A stretch of 63,139 nt of DNA, filler included, from Bdellovibrionota bacterium (lineage in GTDB: Bacteria > Bdellovibrionota > Bdellovibrionia > Bdellovibrionales > JAEYZS01): assembly GCA_963169515.1 (NCBI GenBank). It is 7 parts of 7 records of this genome, joined end to end, with 100 filler letters (N's around TTAATTAATTAA, not from the genome) between each part and the next. Parts side by side here need not be neighbours in the genome. Positions count along the whole stretch, not along the records: positions 28,481 to 45,928 come from CAUJEF010000074.1; positions 46,029 to 48,879 come from CAUJEF010000075.1; positions 48,980 to 63,139 come from CAUJEF010000076.1; 4 more parts are not named here. One strand, 5' to 3'. Every line of letters starts with the position of its first letter. The first letter of the stretch is position 1. A model generated the notes under the pieces. The model ran no database searches and had not been told where the DNA came from. It worked only from the letters and a program-made list of their open reading frames with translations. Shown here piece after piece: positions 45,716 to 54,110 of the stretch. The translations under genes were made by a program, and so were the position numbers.

Positions 45716-45928
45716 ATGACCAACCAAAAAGGTTTCTCACTCATCGAACTGATGATTGTGGTAGCCATTATCGGTATCCTTGCCGCTATCGCTATCCCAA
45801 ACTACCAAAACTTTCAGAAAAAAGCTCGACAATCAGAGGCAAAGAATCAGCTTAGCGGTATTTACACTGCAGAAAAAGCGTACTTTGCGGATGCACTTGG
45901 ATATTCTGATAATTTGATTCGCGTAAAC
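45716..45928 (+). CDS. pilA: Type IVa major pilin, N-terminal part
   Basis: [38 protein letters not shown]. Confidence 0.93.
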
Positions 45929-46028
45929 NNNNNNNNNNNNNNNNNNNNNNNNNNNNNNNNNNNNNNNNNNNNTTAATTAATTAANNNNNNNNNNNNNNNN
46001 NNNNNNNNNNNNNNNNNNNNNNNNNNNN
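45929..46028. other. Artificial contig linker
   Basis: N run with TTAATTAATTAA. Confidence 0.98.
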
Positions 46029-46398
46029 GTAGTGTTATCGATACAGGTTCAAAATTAAAAAATTGAAAATCCCTAAGCGATTTAAATAGGTAACGACACT
46101 TTTTCTCAGCAGCAATCGAGCAACTCACTTTCGGAATTTACATTTCTTCGGCGCATTCGTGGGCACCGATTTTTTAGAAATGTAAAGCGAATTTAAGAAC
46201 GCTAAATTTGTGCATGATTTTTTAATCAAGTGAATTCCGCTACTCATCAAATCTATTCCTCTTTGATTTTTAAACGAAAAAATACACTGAGATTGATTTT
46301 ATCAAATCCAAAAAATAAAAAATATAATGGCGGCGAATACTCTTTACCCATGTTCAGGAATTCTAGTAAATCAAAACAAGTGGACTGTGAAATAATAG

Positions 46399-46791
46399 CA
46401 TCGGGTCACTCGCCCGAAAGAGAGACGAGGCCCGCCGGGGTCAGCAATCTCAAGGATGATTGGTTGTCGCATGAGAATTGTTACGGCCACTCCAGTTTAA
46501 ACACGAAGGCCAGAAGACTGGAGCAGAACGCCACGAATTTATAGTGTGAGGCTATATACCATAAACCTGTGCAAAAGTGGTAAGTCCCTATATGGGCAGA
46601 AGTAGCGCAGCGGCGGCACAAAATTTTAGAAAACAGCAGTCAGTGCTATGATCATATAAGCGTTGGCTTCTGTTTCTGCTTAATGATAGGTTTGTCGACC
46701 ATTCAGAAATTTGGTCGGCCGGATTTTCATTGCAGAATAGTCAGAGTTTCTCCGCCAAACAAGTGGTTCTGGAGACTTTAGATAATTGATG
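46399..46791 (+). ncRNA. Candidate large structured non-coding RNA (~390 nt), family not recognised
   Basis: About nine hand-identified helices with many G-U pairs on the + strand, 5'/3' closure (CATCGG/TTGATG), nested multiloop and possible pseudoknot; GC-richer than the AT-rich upstream flank. Confidence 0.65.
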
Positions 46792-46796
46792 ATTTT

Positions 46797-47606
46797 TTAA
46801 AGTAAGAGTTCATAAAGAGCAGATTTAATAAACTCACTTGCTGATGCCACGTCAGCAAACTGAAAGGGTACACCGATTTCACCGTTCTGCCGTCCATTGG
46901 CTAAAGGGCTATACGGGCCCGACACTATCCCAAGCACCTGCAATTTTTGATTAACGATCACAAGTGCGGGTGAACCAGAGTCACCACTGCAAATGCCGAC
47001 TTGATCCGATCCCAGAATAAGGGGAGCGCCCCAGCGCCCTGGTTCATTTAAAACATCAATCACTGTTAATTTTGCGATATTGAGTTGTGAAGAATCACCA
47101 CCATAACATTTATTGTCCAGTATCTGATATCGGCCGTAACCGCCGAATATAACCTCAGTGCCAATTAACTTTGCGCTACTTCCAGAATAAAGTGGAATTG
47201 GAGGCGTAAATGAGATGGGCTCCTCCAGCAAAAGCAAAGAAAGATCCTGACCTGAATGGTCTAAATAGCGGGTTTCGAAAATCCCTTTTGAAACTGATTT
47301 TATCTTTACCACTCTCGAAACTTTGTCAGATTGGCTGCTATTGGGAAAAGAAATGTTTATTAAAGAGGGATCTTTTGAGCCAAATTCCGTACAATGACCT
47401 GCGCTCAAGACAATTTTTGAATGGATAAGTACACCACCACAGTCGATACTTAATTTTGCAATAGATGAGAGGCCGTCATTCAGAACTGATATTCTAACGG
47501 CATCGTTATGGCCAATTACCGCCAGCGGAGAGTTTAAAAAACAAAAGCTACTTGCAGCAAACAGGGCGAGCCTAAAAGTGCTTTTCGCTGTCAAAAGTTT
47601 ATACAC
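46797..47606 (-). CDS. Secreted trypsin-like (S1) serine protease
   Basis: CGGVLI, LSAGHC, DLSLLLL, CSGDSGSP catalytic triad; signal peptide. Confidence 0.92.
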   Translation of the reverse strand: MYKLLTAKSTFRLALFAASSFCFLNSPLAVIGHNDAVRISVLNDGLSSIAKLSIDCGGVLIHSKIVLSAGHCTEFGSKDPSLINISFPNSSQSDKVSRVVKIKSVSKGIFETRYLDHSGQDLSLLLLEEPISFTPPIPLYSGSSAKLIGTEVIFGGYGRYQILDNKCYGGDSSQLNIAKLTVIDVLNEPGRWGAPLILGSDQVGICSGDSGSPALVIVNQKLQVLGIVSGPYSPLANGRQNGEIGVPFQFADVASASEFIKSALYELLL

Positions 47607-47650
47607 TCATTGCCTCCTGGGACACTCTCATGTCTCTTTAGCTGATTATT

Positions 47651-47665
47651 GCAATATGAGGACCT
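47651..47665 (-). promoter_or_regulatory. Possible sigma-54 promoter of the protease
   Basis: Minus strand AGGTCCTCATATTGC = GG-N10-GC with TTGC. Confidence 0.4.
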
Positions 47666-47805
47666 CGGCTGCAAAAACCCAATCTTTGAAGGGTGGACGA
47701 AGCTTTGTTTAACACTGGGTTTAAATCTAATATATCGCTTTTGACCAAAAAAATGGGCTTAACGAGCATATAATCTCCTCCGCATGCCTTTAGTAACAAG
47801 CTTGT

Positions 47806-48471
47806 TCACGATGGTTCAGGTTTTGAGTTACATAAATCGGCTGGTTTATCAATGGCTGGAAAAACGACGGTTTTATCTTCGCTAACTACTTCAGGTACAA
47901 TTTGAGCCTCTTTTTGTCGCTGAAGTTCAATTTCCTTTTTTATTGCAACTACCTCGGCGTGAACACTTCCATGACTGCAACGACTAATCGTTGCAATTTG
48001 TCGATAAGTCATTCCCGCTTTAAGGAGCTTTCGAATTAAATCTGAATCCCGAAGCTTTTTTCGGCCAATAAGTTTTCCCTTGGCGCGAGCATTAGCAAGC
48101 CCTATTTTCACACGGTCGGCAATCAAATCACGTTCTAATTGCGATATAGAGGCAAGAATCGAAAAAATGGCCACGCCGACTGCAGAGTTAGTATCAATTT
48201 TTTCGGTAAGACTAACAAAATGCACATTCTTTTTCTTAAAAACTTGTAAAGCTGTGAGTAGATGCGTTGTGCTCCTCGCAAAGCGAGAGAATGAATAGAC
48301 AACAACTGAAGAAATCTCATCGTTATCAACAGCAGTCATCATTCTATCGAGGGCAGGACGGCTAGACTTAGTCCCACTGATGCCTTCATCAGTGAAAAAT
48401 TCTACATTCGTTATATTGTTTTGCTCGCAATACTGTTTTAGTACACGAACTTGAGATTCAAGACCGGTCGC
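47806..48471 (-). pseudogene. Serine recombinase (resolvase/invertase family), 5'-truncated
   Basis: Frame reads ATGLESQVRVLKQYC...FTDEGISGTKSSRPALDRM...SRFARS...ERDLIADRVKIGLANARAKG..GR; TGA directly upstream, so the YxRVS catalytic motif is missing. Confidence 0.8.
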
Positions 48472-48852
48472 TCACTACTCTTGAGAAATAGGCACAATCT
48501 AAAATATTTTGAAAAAACAGCTCTGGATCAATGGCTCGGTCTGTATCCCAAAATGAAAGAGATCTATTGTTACAAAGAGGCGCTCTACAAACTCTATCGT
48601 ACGAAGGGTTTTAATAAATCCTCAAAAGCGCTCATTAACCTAACGGATCGAATGGCTTTATCGGTGTTACCAGAAATAAAAAAACTCAGAAAAACCCTCA
48701 TGAGGTGGCGTAATGAAATATTAAATTATTTTAAATCCGGATTGACGAATGCAAAAACTGAAGGATACAACCGGCTTGCAAAGGGTGAGCAATACTCATC
48801 TTTTGGAGTTCGAAGTTTTACTAACTATAGACTTCGTTTGCTAAATATTTAA
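48468..48852 (+). mobile_element. ISL3-family transposase, C-terminal fragment
   Basis: KTLMRWRNEILNYF...TNAKTEGYNRLAK...FGVRSFTNYRLRLL, typical ISL3 C-terminus; N-terminal part absent. Confidence 0.88.
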
Positions 48853-48879
48853 GATGTTTGGGATTTTGGATGCACTTCC

Positions 48880-48979
48880 NNNNNNNNNNNNNNNNNNNNN
48901 NNNNNNNNNNNNNNNNNNNNNNNTTAATTAATTAANNNNNNNNNNNNNNNNNNNNNNNNNNNNNNNNNNNNNNNNNNNN
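48880..48979. other. Artificial contig linker
   Basis: N run with TTAATTAATTAA. Confidence 0.98.
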
Positions 48980-50060
48980 GGATATGCCTCATATGAATTT
49001 TGTCCACGCAATTGGCATCAAAAAAGCGGATTTGCCGTTAATGGCAAAACAACAAATGGGAATCATCTGGTCGCCGTTTTCAAATTTATTACTTTACAAT
49101 GAAACCCTTGATATCAAGGCAGCCCTTGAGGCCAACATAAATGTCGCTCTTGGATCGGATTGGACACCCACAGGATCACGGGCGGTTCTTGAAGAACTGA
49201 AGATCGCTAAAAAGTATATAGAGTTTTGTTCAAATCCGAGCAGAAGCCCAATTTGTCCAAAGACAGGCACCGCTGGTATTACAGATGAGCAGCTATACAA
49301 GATGGTAACAGAAAATCCGGCAAAGATGATTAATCATTTTGAAGAAAATGGTGTCTCAACCGATGGCAAAGAACACAGCGTTGGTACAATTAAAGTTGGA
49401 GCCATGGCATCTTTGATTGCTGTTTCCTTAAATGACACTAAAAATGCATTCACAAATTTGGTCGTGGCAAATGAAAAGGATGTAAATCTTGTTATTGTTG
49501 ATGGCAATGTAGTTTATGGGAACGAGACCTATCTGCGTGGGCAACTGAAGCTGGAAGACCTTGAAGATTTGTCGCAACATATTGTTGGCGTCAATAATCT
49601 GCAGGCGTCATTCAAAGACTTCAGCGTCATTGGATCAGAAACACCTGACATAGATTTGGGTCTAAAAATTCCAAAAGACTTACCTACGCAAGACAGCTGT
49701 AAATTTTCAATTCGAAAATTATTTGTTTCTAAAAGCTCGAATGAAGATACTGTTATAGAATATAAAAACAAAACAGGGTTGAACCTTGATCTTTTTAGGG
49801 ACATTCAAAAACTTCTTGGTGTTGCCGTTATGACCCAGTCGCGGAATTTAATTGAGCCGGAACATACAGCTTCTCGACCCGAGTACGTTACAAAATACTT
49901 TGCCCCGCTTTATTCCTGCAATGATCAGACATATTTAAATCGATTCAATCAATTTGTGACTGAAGAACTTGATAAGAACACGGCTGAACGAGATGAAACA
50001 ATCAGAAAAGCCAACCTTGGCCGAACCGCAGTCAAAATGGCGGAAGATTACCACGACTAG
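48980..50060 (+). CDS. Amidohydrolase-family protein, C-terminal part
   Basis: VHAIG, IWSPFSNLLLY, VALGSDW, VTENPA, GTIKVG. Confidence 0.85.
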
Positions 50061-50061
50061 G

Positions 50062-50652
50062 TTATTCTTCGATACGTTCTGTGGCTTGTTGGGCCTTTTC
50101 ATCCAGTCGAACCGCAAAGTTAATTCCGGTCCAGCCTTCAGATATTAAGGAATTCATTACGCGTTTGATATGCAAAATAGGAGTGTTCTCATCAGCTTGG
50201 ATGTTCACATTGCCCTTGAATGGTTTATCTGGGCGTTCCTGTTCTTGTTGAGCTTTAATGCGCGCAAGGGCTCGTCGCAATTGTTCCATATCGCCCGATC
50301 TTTCTTCCATGCTGATGTTGCGATTGCCAACATTTTGTGCATCAAGCGTCACAGTGGTCGGAGTGATTGTAATTAATGGATTGCTTTCAATCGGGCGTGA
50401 GTGTGACGCTTCCGGGAGCTTCAAGTTTTTAGAAATAAAAAAAACTTCCCCCGTTGAGGCAAAATTCATGAGTAGGAAAATACACAGCATCGAAAACATA
50501 TCGATCATTGACGTGAGTGGCAGATCACCAAGATGGCCTTTGTGCTTTCCACCGTGAAGACGTTTGCGTAGAGCCTTAAGATCATGTTTTGGGTGAATAT
50601 GATAACCAGGGGCCGCTACAATACGTCGAATTGATGTTTTAAATCCGCTCAT
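50062..50652 (-). CDS. ExbD/TolR-family protein (AglS-like)
   Basis: LTSMIDMFSMLCIFLL TM with conserved Asp; IQADEN. Confidence 0.88.
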   Translation of the reverse strand: MSGFKTSIRRIVAAPGYHIHPKHDLKALRKRLHGGKHKGHLGDLPLTSMIDMFSMLCIFLLMNFASTGEVFFISKNLKLPEASHSRPIESNPLITITPTTVTLDAQNVGNRNISMEERSGDMEQLRRALARIKAQQEQERPDKPFKGNVNIQADENTPILHIKRVMNSLISEGWTGINFAVRLDEKAQQATERIEE

Positions 50653-51083
50653 TACTGTGTATTTACTCCTACGTCGGACCACCCGTTACCAACGAGCGTA
50701 TCAAAAGTCGCGATCATATATTTATAGGGGATTTCATTTTCAGTGTTTAAAATCACATCTTTGCGGGCAGGATATTTTTCTCGCCAAACTTCAAGGCCGC
50801 GAATTACTTTATCCAACGGTAATTTATCGTTGATGATAGCAAATTTGTAAGCCGTTTCGTTTTCAGCCATTTCAATGCGATCACGCATAATTGTCACGGT
50901 AAGGTTAACTTTGTTTGGATCTGGTGGGGCAGGGGAATCGCTGGACGTGACGCTCTCAACATTGGTTGAAAGAGCCTCAATTTGGTTCCAAACTGCAGTC
51001 ATCAAAAGAAAGCAAATTAATGTCGAAAACAAATCGATAAATGGAACCAGGTTAAGATCTGCGTGCATTTGCCTACGAGCCAT
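50652..51083 (-). CDS. ExbD/TolR-family protein (AglQ-like)
   Basis: LNLVPFIDLFSTLICFLL. Confidence 0.88.
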   Translation of the reverse strand: MARRQMHADLNLVPFIDLFSTLICFLLMTAVWNQIEALSTNVESVTSSDSPAPPDPNKVNLTVTIMRDRIEMAENETAYKFAIINDKLPLDKVIRGLEVWREKYPARKDVILNTENEIPYKYMIATFDTLVGNGWSDVGVNTQ

Positions 51084-51088
51084 TGATT

Positions 51089-51733
51089 TTATCCTGCGAT
51101 TTTATCGCGATTAGATAGAATAAAGTTCAGCGTGGCGACACTGGCTTCATGGATATCATCCACAACATTTTGTGCCCAGCCCTGAAGCATACCGTAAACG
51201 CCCAATAGTGGGATTGCTACAAGAAGACCGAATGCTGTGCAGTTCATTGCCTCGGCAATTGCGCCAGCAAGCAGGGTGGCTTTTTCAGATGGCGAAACAT
51301 TCGCAACCGCGGCGAACGCACCAATCATACCCGTCACCGTACCAAGTAGCCCAAGCAGTGTTGCCAAGTTTGACATCATAAACAATAAAGGGATTCGCTT
51401 CTCAATTACGGGAACCTCTCGAAGGGCGACAGCATCCATAGCCGTTTGTACTTCTTCCTCGTTCTTGCCATTCATCACGGCGACAAGGCCTGCGCGAACG
51501 ATATTTGTTAGAGGGCTCTTAATTTGTGACGTTACAGAAAGGGCTTTGTCAATTTTGCCTTGAAGAATATATGAATTTATGTGGTTTAGCAGTTCTTCTT
51601 TGTTTATTGAAGAAGCTCCACGAATCACACGCCATCGTTCAAAAATAATTGCGATACCGATAGCTGAAACAGCTAAAATTGGAAACATGAAGAATCCACC
51701 GGCTTCGAATTTCTCTGCTATCCACTCTATCAT
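51089..51733 (-). CDS. MotA/TolQ/ExbB proton channel (AglR-like)
   Basis: ATLLGLLGTVTGMI, IAEAMNCTAFGL. Confidence 0.92.
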   Translation of the reverse strand: MIEWIAEKFEAGGFFMFPILAVSAIGIAIIFERWRVIRGASSINKEELLNHINSYILQGKIDKALSVTSQIKSPLTNIVRAGLVAVMNGKNEEEVQTAMDAVALREVPVIEKRIPLLFMMSNLATLLGLLGTVTGMIGAFAAVANVSPSEKATLLAGAIAEAMNCTAFGLLVAIPLLGVYGMLQGWAQNVVDDIHEASVATLNFILSNRDKIAG

Positions 51734-51840
51734 TTTCGTCCTCCAGACTTAATATTTAGACATATAAAAAACAGAAAATGGTTACTTGTATATTTTAGTG
51801 AGAAGTTGAGTAAATGGCATTGAGAACTCACCGAACTAGA

Positions 51841-51889
51841 CCAAGGTTCCAGGTTCTTTTTTTAGAAAAAAAAGAACCTGGAACCTTGG
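51841..51889. repeat. Perfect 23-bp hairpin of REP-like arms inside the operon
   Basis: CCAAGGTTCCAGGTTCTTTTTTT-aga-AAAAAAAGAACCTGGAACCTTGG. Confidence 0.88.
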
Positions 51890-51890
51890 A

Positions 51891-53972
51891 CTATAAGCGA
51901 CCAAATGGGAAGCCGATATTTGGCGTGGTCGTTTGTCCGTTTTTTGCAGTTGGAAATTTCATTTTTTTGAATACAGCAGTTACGCATGAATTTAATGCGT
52001 CCGCATCGGAAACTTCAGACTTTTGAACTTTTGCCCAATTTACTTTTCCAGAAGCTGCAATTTCCCACTCGTAGGAAACGCGGCCCGCAAGGCCCGGATT
52101 GTTGAAAAGGGCGCGTTCGTAGCATTGCTGGATTTCACCCATATGTCTTTTAACGACTTCCATAACGGCGGCTTTGCTTATGCCTTCTGTCTTTCCTGAT
52201 TGCATAAGCTGTGGGGTGCCCACGACTGAACCCGCAACGGCACGATTACCGGCGGTTCCTTTAAGGCCCTGAATACCATAACCGGTGCCTGTCCCATAAC
52301 CTAGACCTTTGGTCTTAACCCCCGGAAGTCCCCCTCCCGCAACAAGTTGCCCACCTTTGCTTTTTAATACCCCTATCACACCTCCGGTTGGATTTTTGGA
52401 AGTCATCCCACCGGCATTTGGATTGATATTAATTGCAACGGGCATATTTGTCGGAGCGGCCGCGGGCGAAAGCGCTGTGAGGGCGGCTAGCGCCCCAACG
52501 GCTTGGACGTTGACCTCTTTTTTCACTGGAAGTGTTGCCGTTTTGGTCGCAACAATAGGCTTTGTGAGTGTTACTTTTTGCGGAACTTTCTGCTGAGTTT
52601 TTACAACCTTGGGCTTATCCGGTTGCTTCTTTTGAACCACCTTCTCGGGCTCTTTCTTTTTAGGCTTCGGTTTTTTAGGTTCTATGATTTTGCGGGGGGG
52701 CTCTACCAGTAGGCGTGCGTACCGATCTTGGACGCCTCTTACTTTTGGGCCGTGGTGTTCTGGCGCATTAAGAAGAGCAATAGCCGCCAACAAAAAATGC
52801 ACCATGAGTGATACGATCGTGGCCTTTCGGAATTCCTCTGAGGCCTCGATCAGTTGTTTTTTTGAAAGCTGTCGGGGAGCCGGTGCGTAACGTAAGTGGA
52901 CCTGTACGTCGTCAGACAGTTTGACTGAACACAATTCTTTGTTTCCAAGTTTTAAAATATAACCGTTTCTCTTACTGACCAACGCTTGGCTTGCGAGAAG
53001 CTCAGACATTTTTATTTTTTTATCATCGCGTTGGACTTCAATATCGCAACCATTTGGGATGTAACATTCTGTTGCGCGACCATCATATTTTGCAATTCTC
53101 AGGTTTCTAGAGAGAATTGGAACCGCAAGACTTGCCCGATAGCCTTTGCCGAGAGTCACTTTTTCCCCCGGGCCGAACTGCTGAACGTCGTATATTACAT
53201 CCTTCCATGTAATATAGCCTTCAAGGACACGATGATGAGGTTTTAAATCACCAGCAAGCGGGTGCGGAGCAATTTGATCTGTTCCCGCAACATTGATAAT
53301 GGGTTCTGGTTTTTCGTAATGTATTGGCTCAAACGAAGCAGGGGAGTCGTTATTTGTACGAGCAGATCCATTAGCGTGTCCGCTGTGGTGTTTTTGTTCT
53401 TTTACAACTTGGATCTGATCAATTTTTAATTTACTGATTGATGGAACAGAGTTGGACTCGTTCAGTTTCAAATCGCCAGGCTTGTTTTTATTTCCTTTTA
53501 ATGTTTCCGGAACAATCTCTTTTTTGGGAATACGGGGTCTATTTTGCGGGGTGGTATCGTCTGGATCTTCTTGGGCCATCCGGAGATGACCTTTTTCATC
53601 AAGATCAATTTTCGAAGTACGTTCATCGACTTGGGTCGCATCGAGCACGTGGTCTGAAATTATAATGTGAAAAACAACCTCGCCAATAGTGATTTGAACT
53701 TCGTTTTCAATGGGAGCTTTTTTAAACTTTTGGCCTTGAAAAAATATTCCATTGGAACTGTTTAAATCTACAATATGCGCTTGTTTGTCTTCGACGGTGA
53801 TAACGGCATGCTGTCTAGAAATAAAGTCAAATTGCGTAAGGGGCACGTCGCATGCGGAACCACGACCGATGACAATCGGATATGAGTCAAAAATTTTCTC
53901 AAAAACCAATTGGTTTTTATGAAAAGCTTTGACTTGTATGGGCTTATCGAGTTGTTTCCGGTTACCTGTCAT
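51891..53972 (-). CDS. FHA + TM + TonB-C (AgmX/PglI, GltG-like) gliding-motility protein
   Basis: FHA (IGR, SRQH, SSNG), one TM, Lys/Pro/Gly linker, IQQCYERAL...GRV...CV...FP...FPF. Confidence 0.85.
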   Translation of the reverse strand: MTGNRKQLDKPIQVKAFHKNQLVFEKIFDSYPIVIGRGSACDVPLTQFDFISRQHAVITVEDKQAHIVDLNSSNGIFFQGQKFKKAPIENEVQITIGEVVFHIIISDHVLDATQVDERTSKIDLDEKGHLRMAQEDPDDTTPQNRPRIPKKEIVPETLKGNKNKPGDLKLNESNSVPSISKLKIDQIQVVKEQKHHSGHANGSARTNNDSPASFEPIHYEKPEPIINVAGTDQIAPHPLAGDLKPHHRVLEGYITWKDVIYDVQQFGPGEKVTLGKGYRASLAVPILSRNLRIAKYDGRATECYIPNGCDIEVQRDDKKIKMSELLASQALVSKRNGYILKLGNKELCSVKLSDDVQVHLRYAPAPRQLSKKQLIEASEEFRKATIVSLMVHFLLAAIALLNAPEHHGPKVRGVQDRYARLLVEPPRKIIEPKKPKPKKKEPEKVVQKKQPDKPKVVKTQQKVPQKVTLTKPIVATKTATLPVKKEVNVQAVGALAALTALSPAAAPTNMPVAININPNAGGMTSKNPTGGVIGVLKSKGGQLVAGGGLPGVKTKGLGYGTGTGYGIQGLKGTAGNRAVAGSVVGTPQLMQSGKTEGISKAAVMEVVKRHMGEIQQCYERALFNNPGLAGRVSYEWEIAASGKVNWAKVQKSEVSDADALNSCVTAVFKKMKFPTAKNGQTTTPNIGFPFGRL

Positions 53973-53997
53973 TAGCGCTTAGACCCTCTCGAATTTC

Positions 53998-54024
53998 TTA
54001 TCGGTTTCCCTCTCTACTTATTGA
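53998..54024 (-). promoter_or_regulatory. Putative internal sigma-28 (FliA) promoter
   Basis: Minus strand TCAA-N15-ACCGATAA, about 25 nt upstream of ATG 53972. Confidence 0.6.
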
Positions 54025-54110
54025 CTCAATTTGAGCAGACAAAGGCAAACAATTGGGGCGAAAATAGCACCAAGGTCGTGGGACTTTTTATAGGAATAAA
54101 AGTCCAGTTC

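Noticed and set aside
46230..46544. 104-aa ORF overlapping the candidate RNA
   Set aside because: No clear RBS or recognisable domain; it spans an AT-rich promoter-like zone and the structured region, so it is probably spurious
46381..46791. Group I/II intron, RNase P, tmRNA, retron or omega-RNA identity for the structured element
   Set aside because: Only fragmentary resemblances (ATAGTC, GGTAAGTCC); no interrupted host gene, domain V, tRNA-like ends, or RT/IscB/TnpB on the contig. Not fully excluded without cmscan
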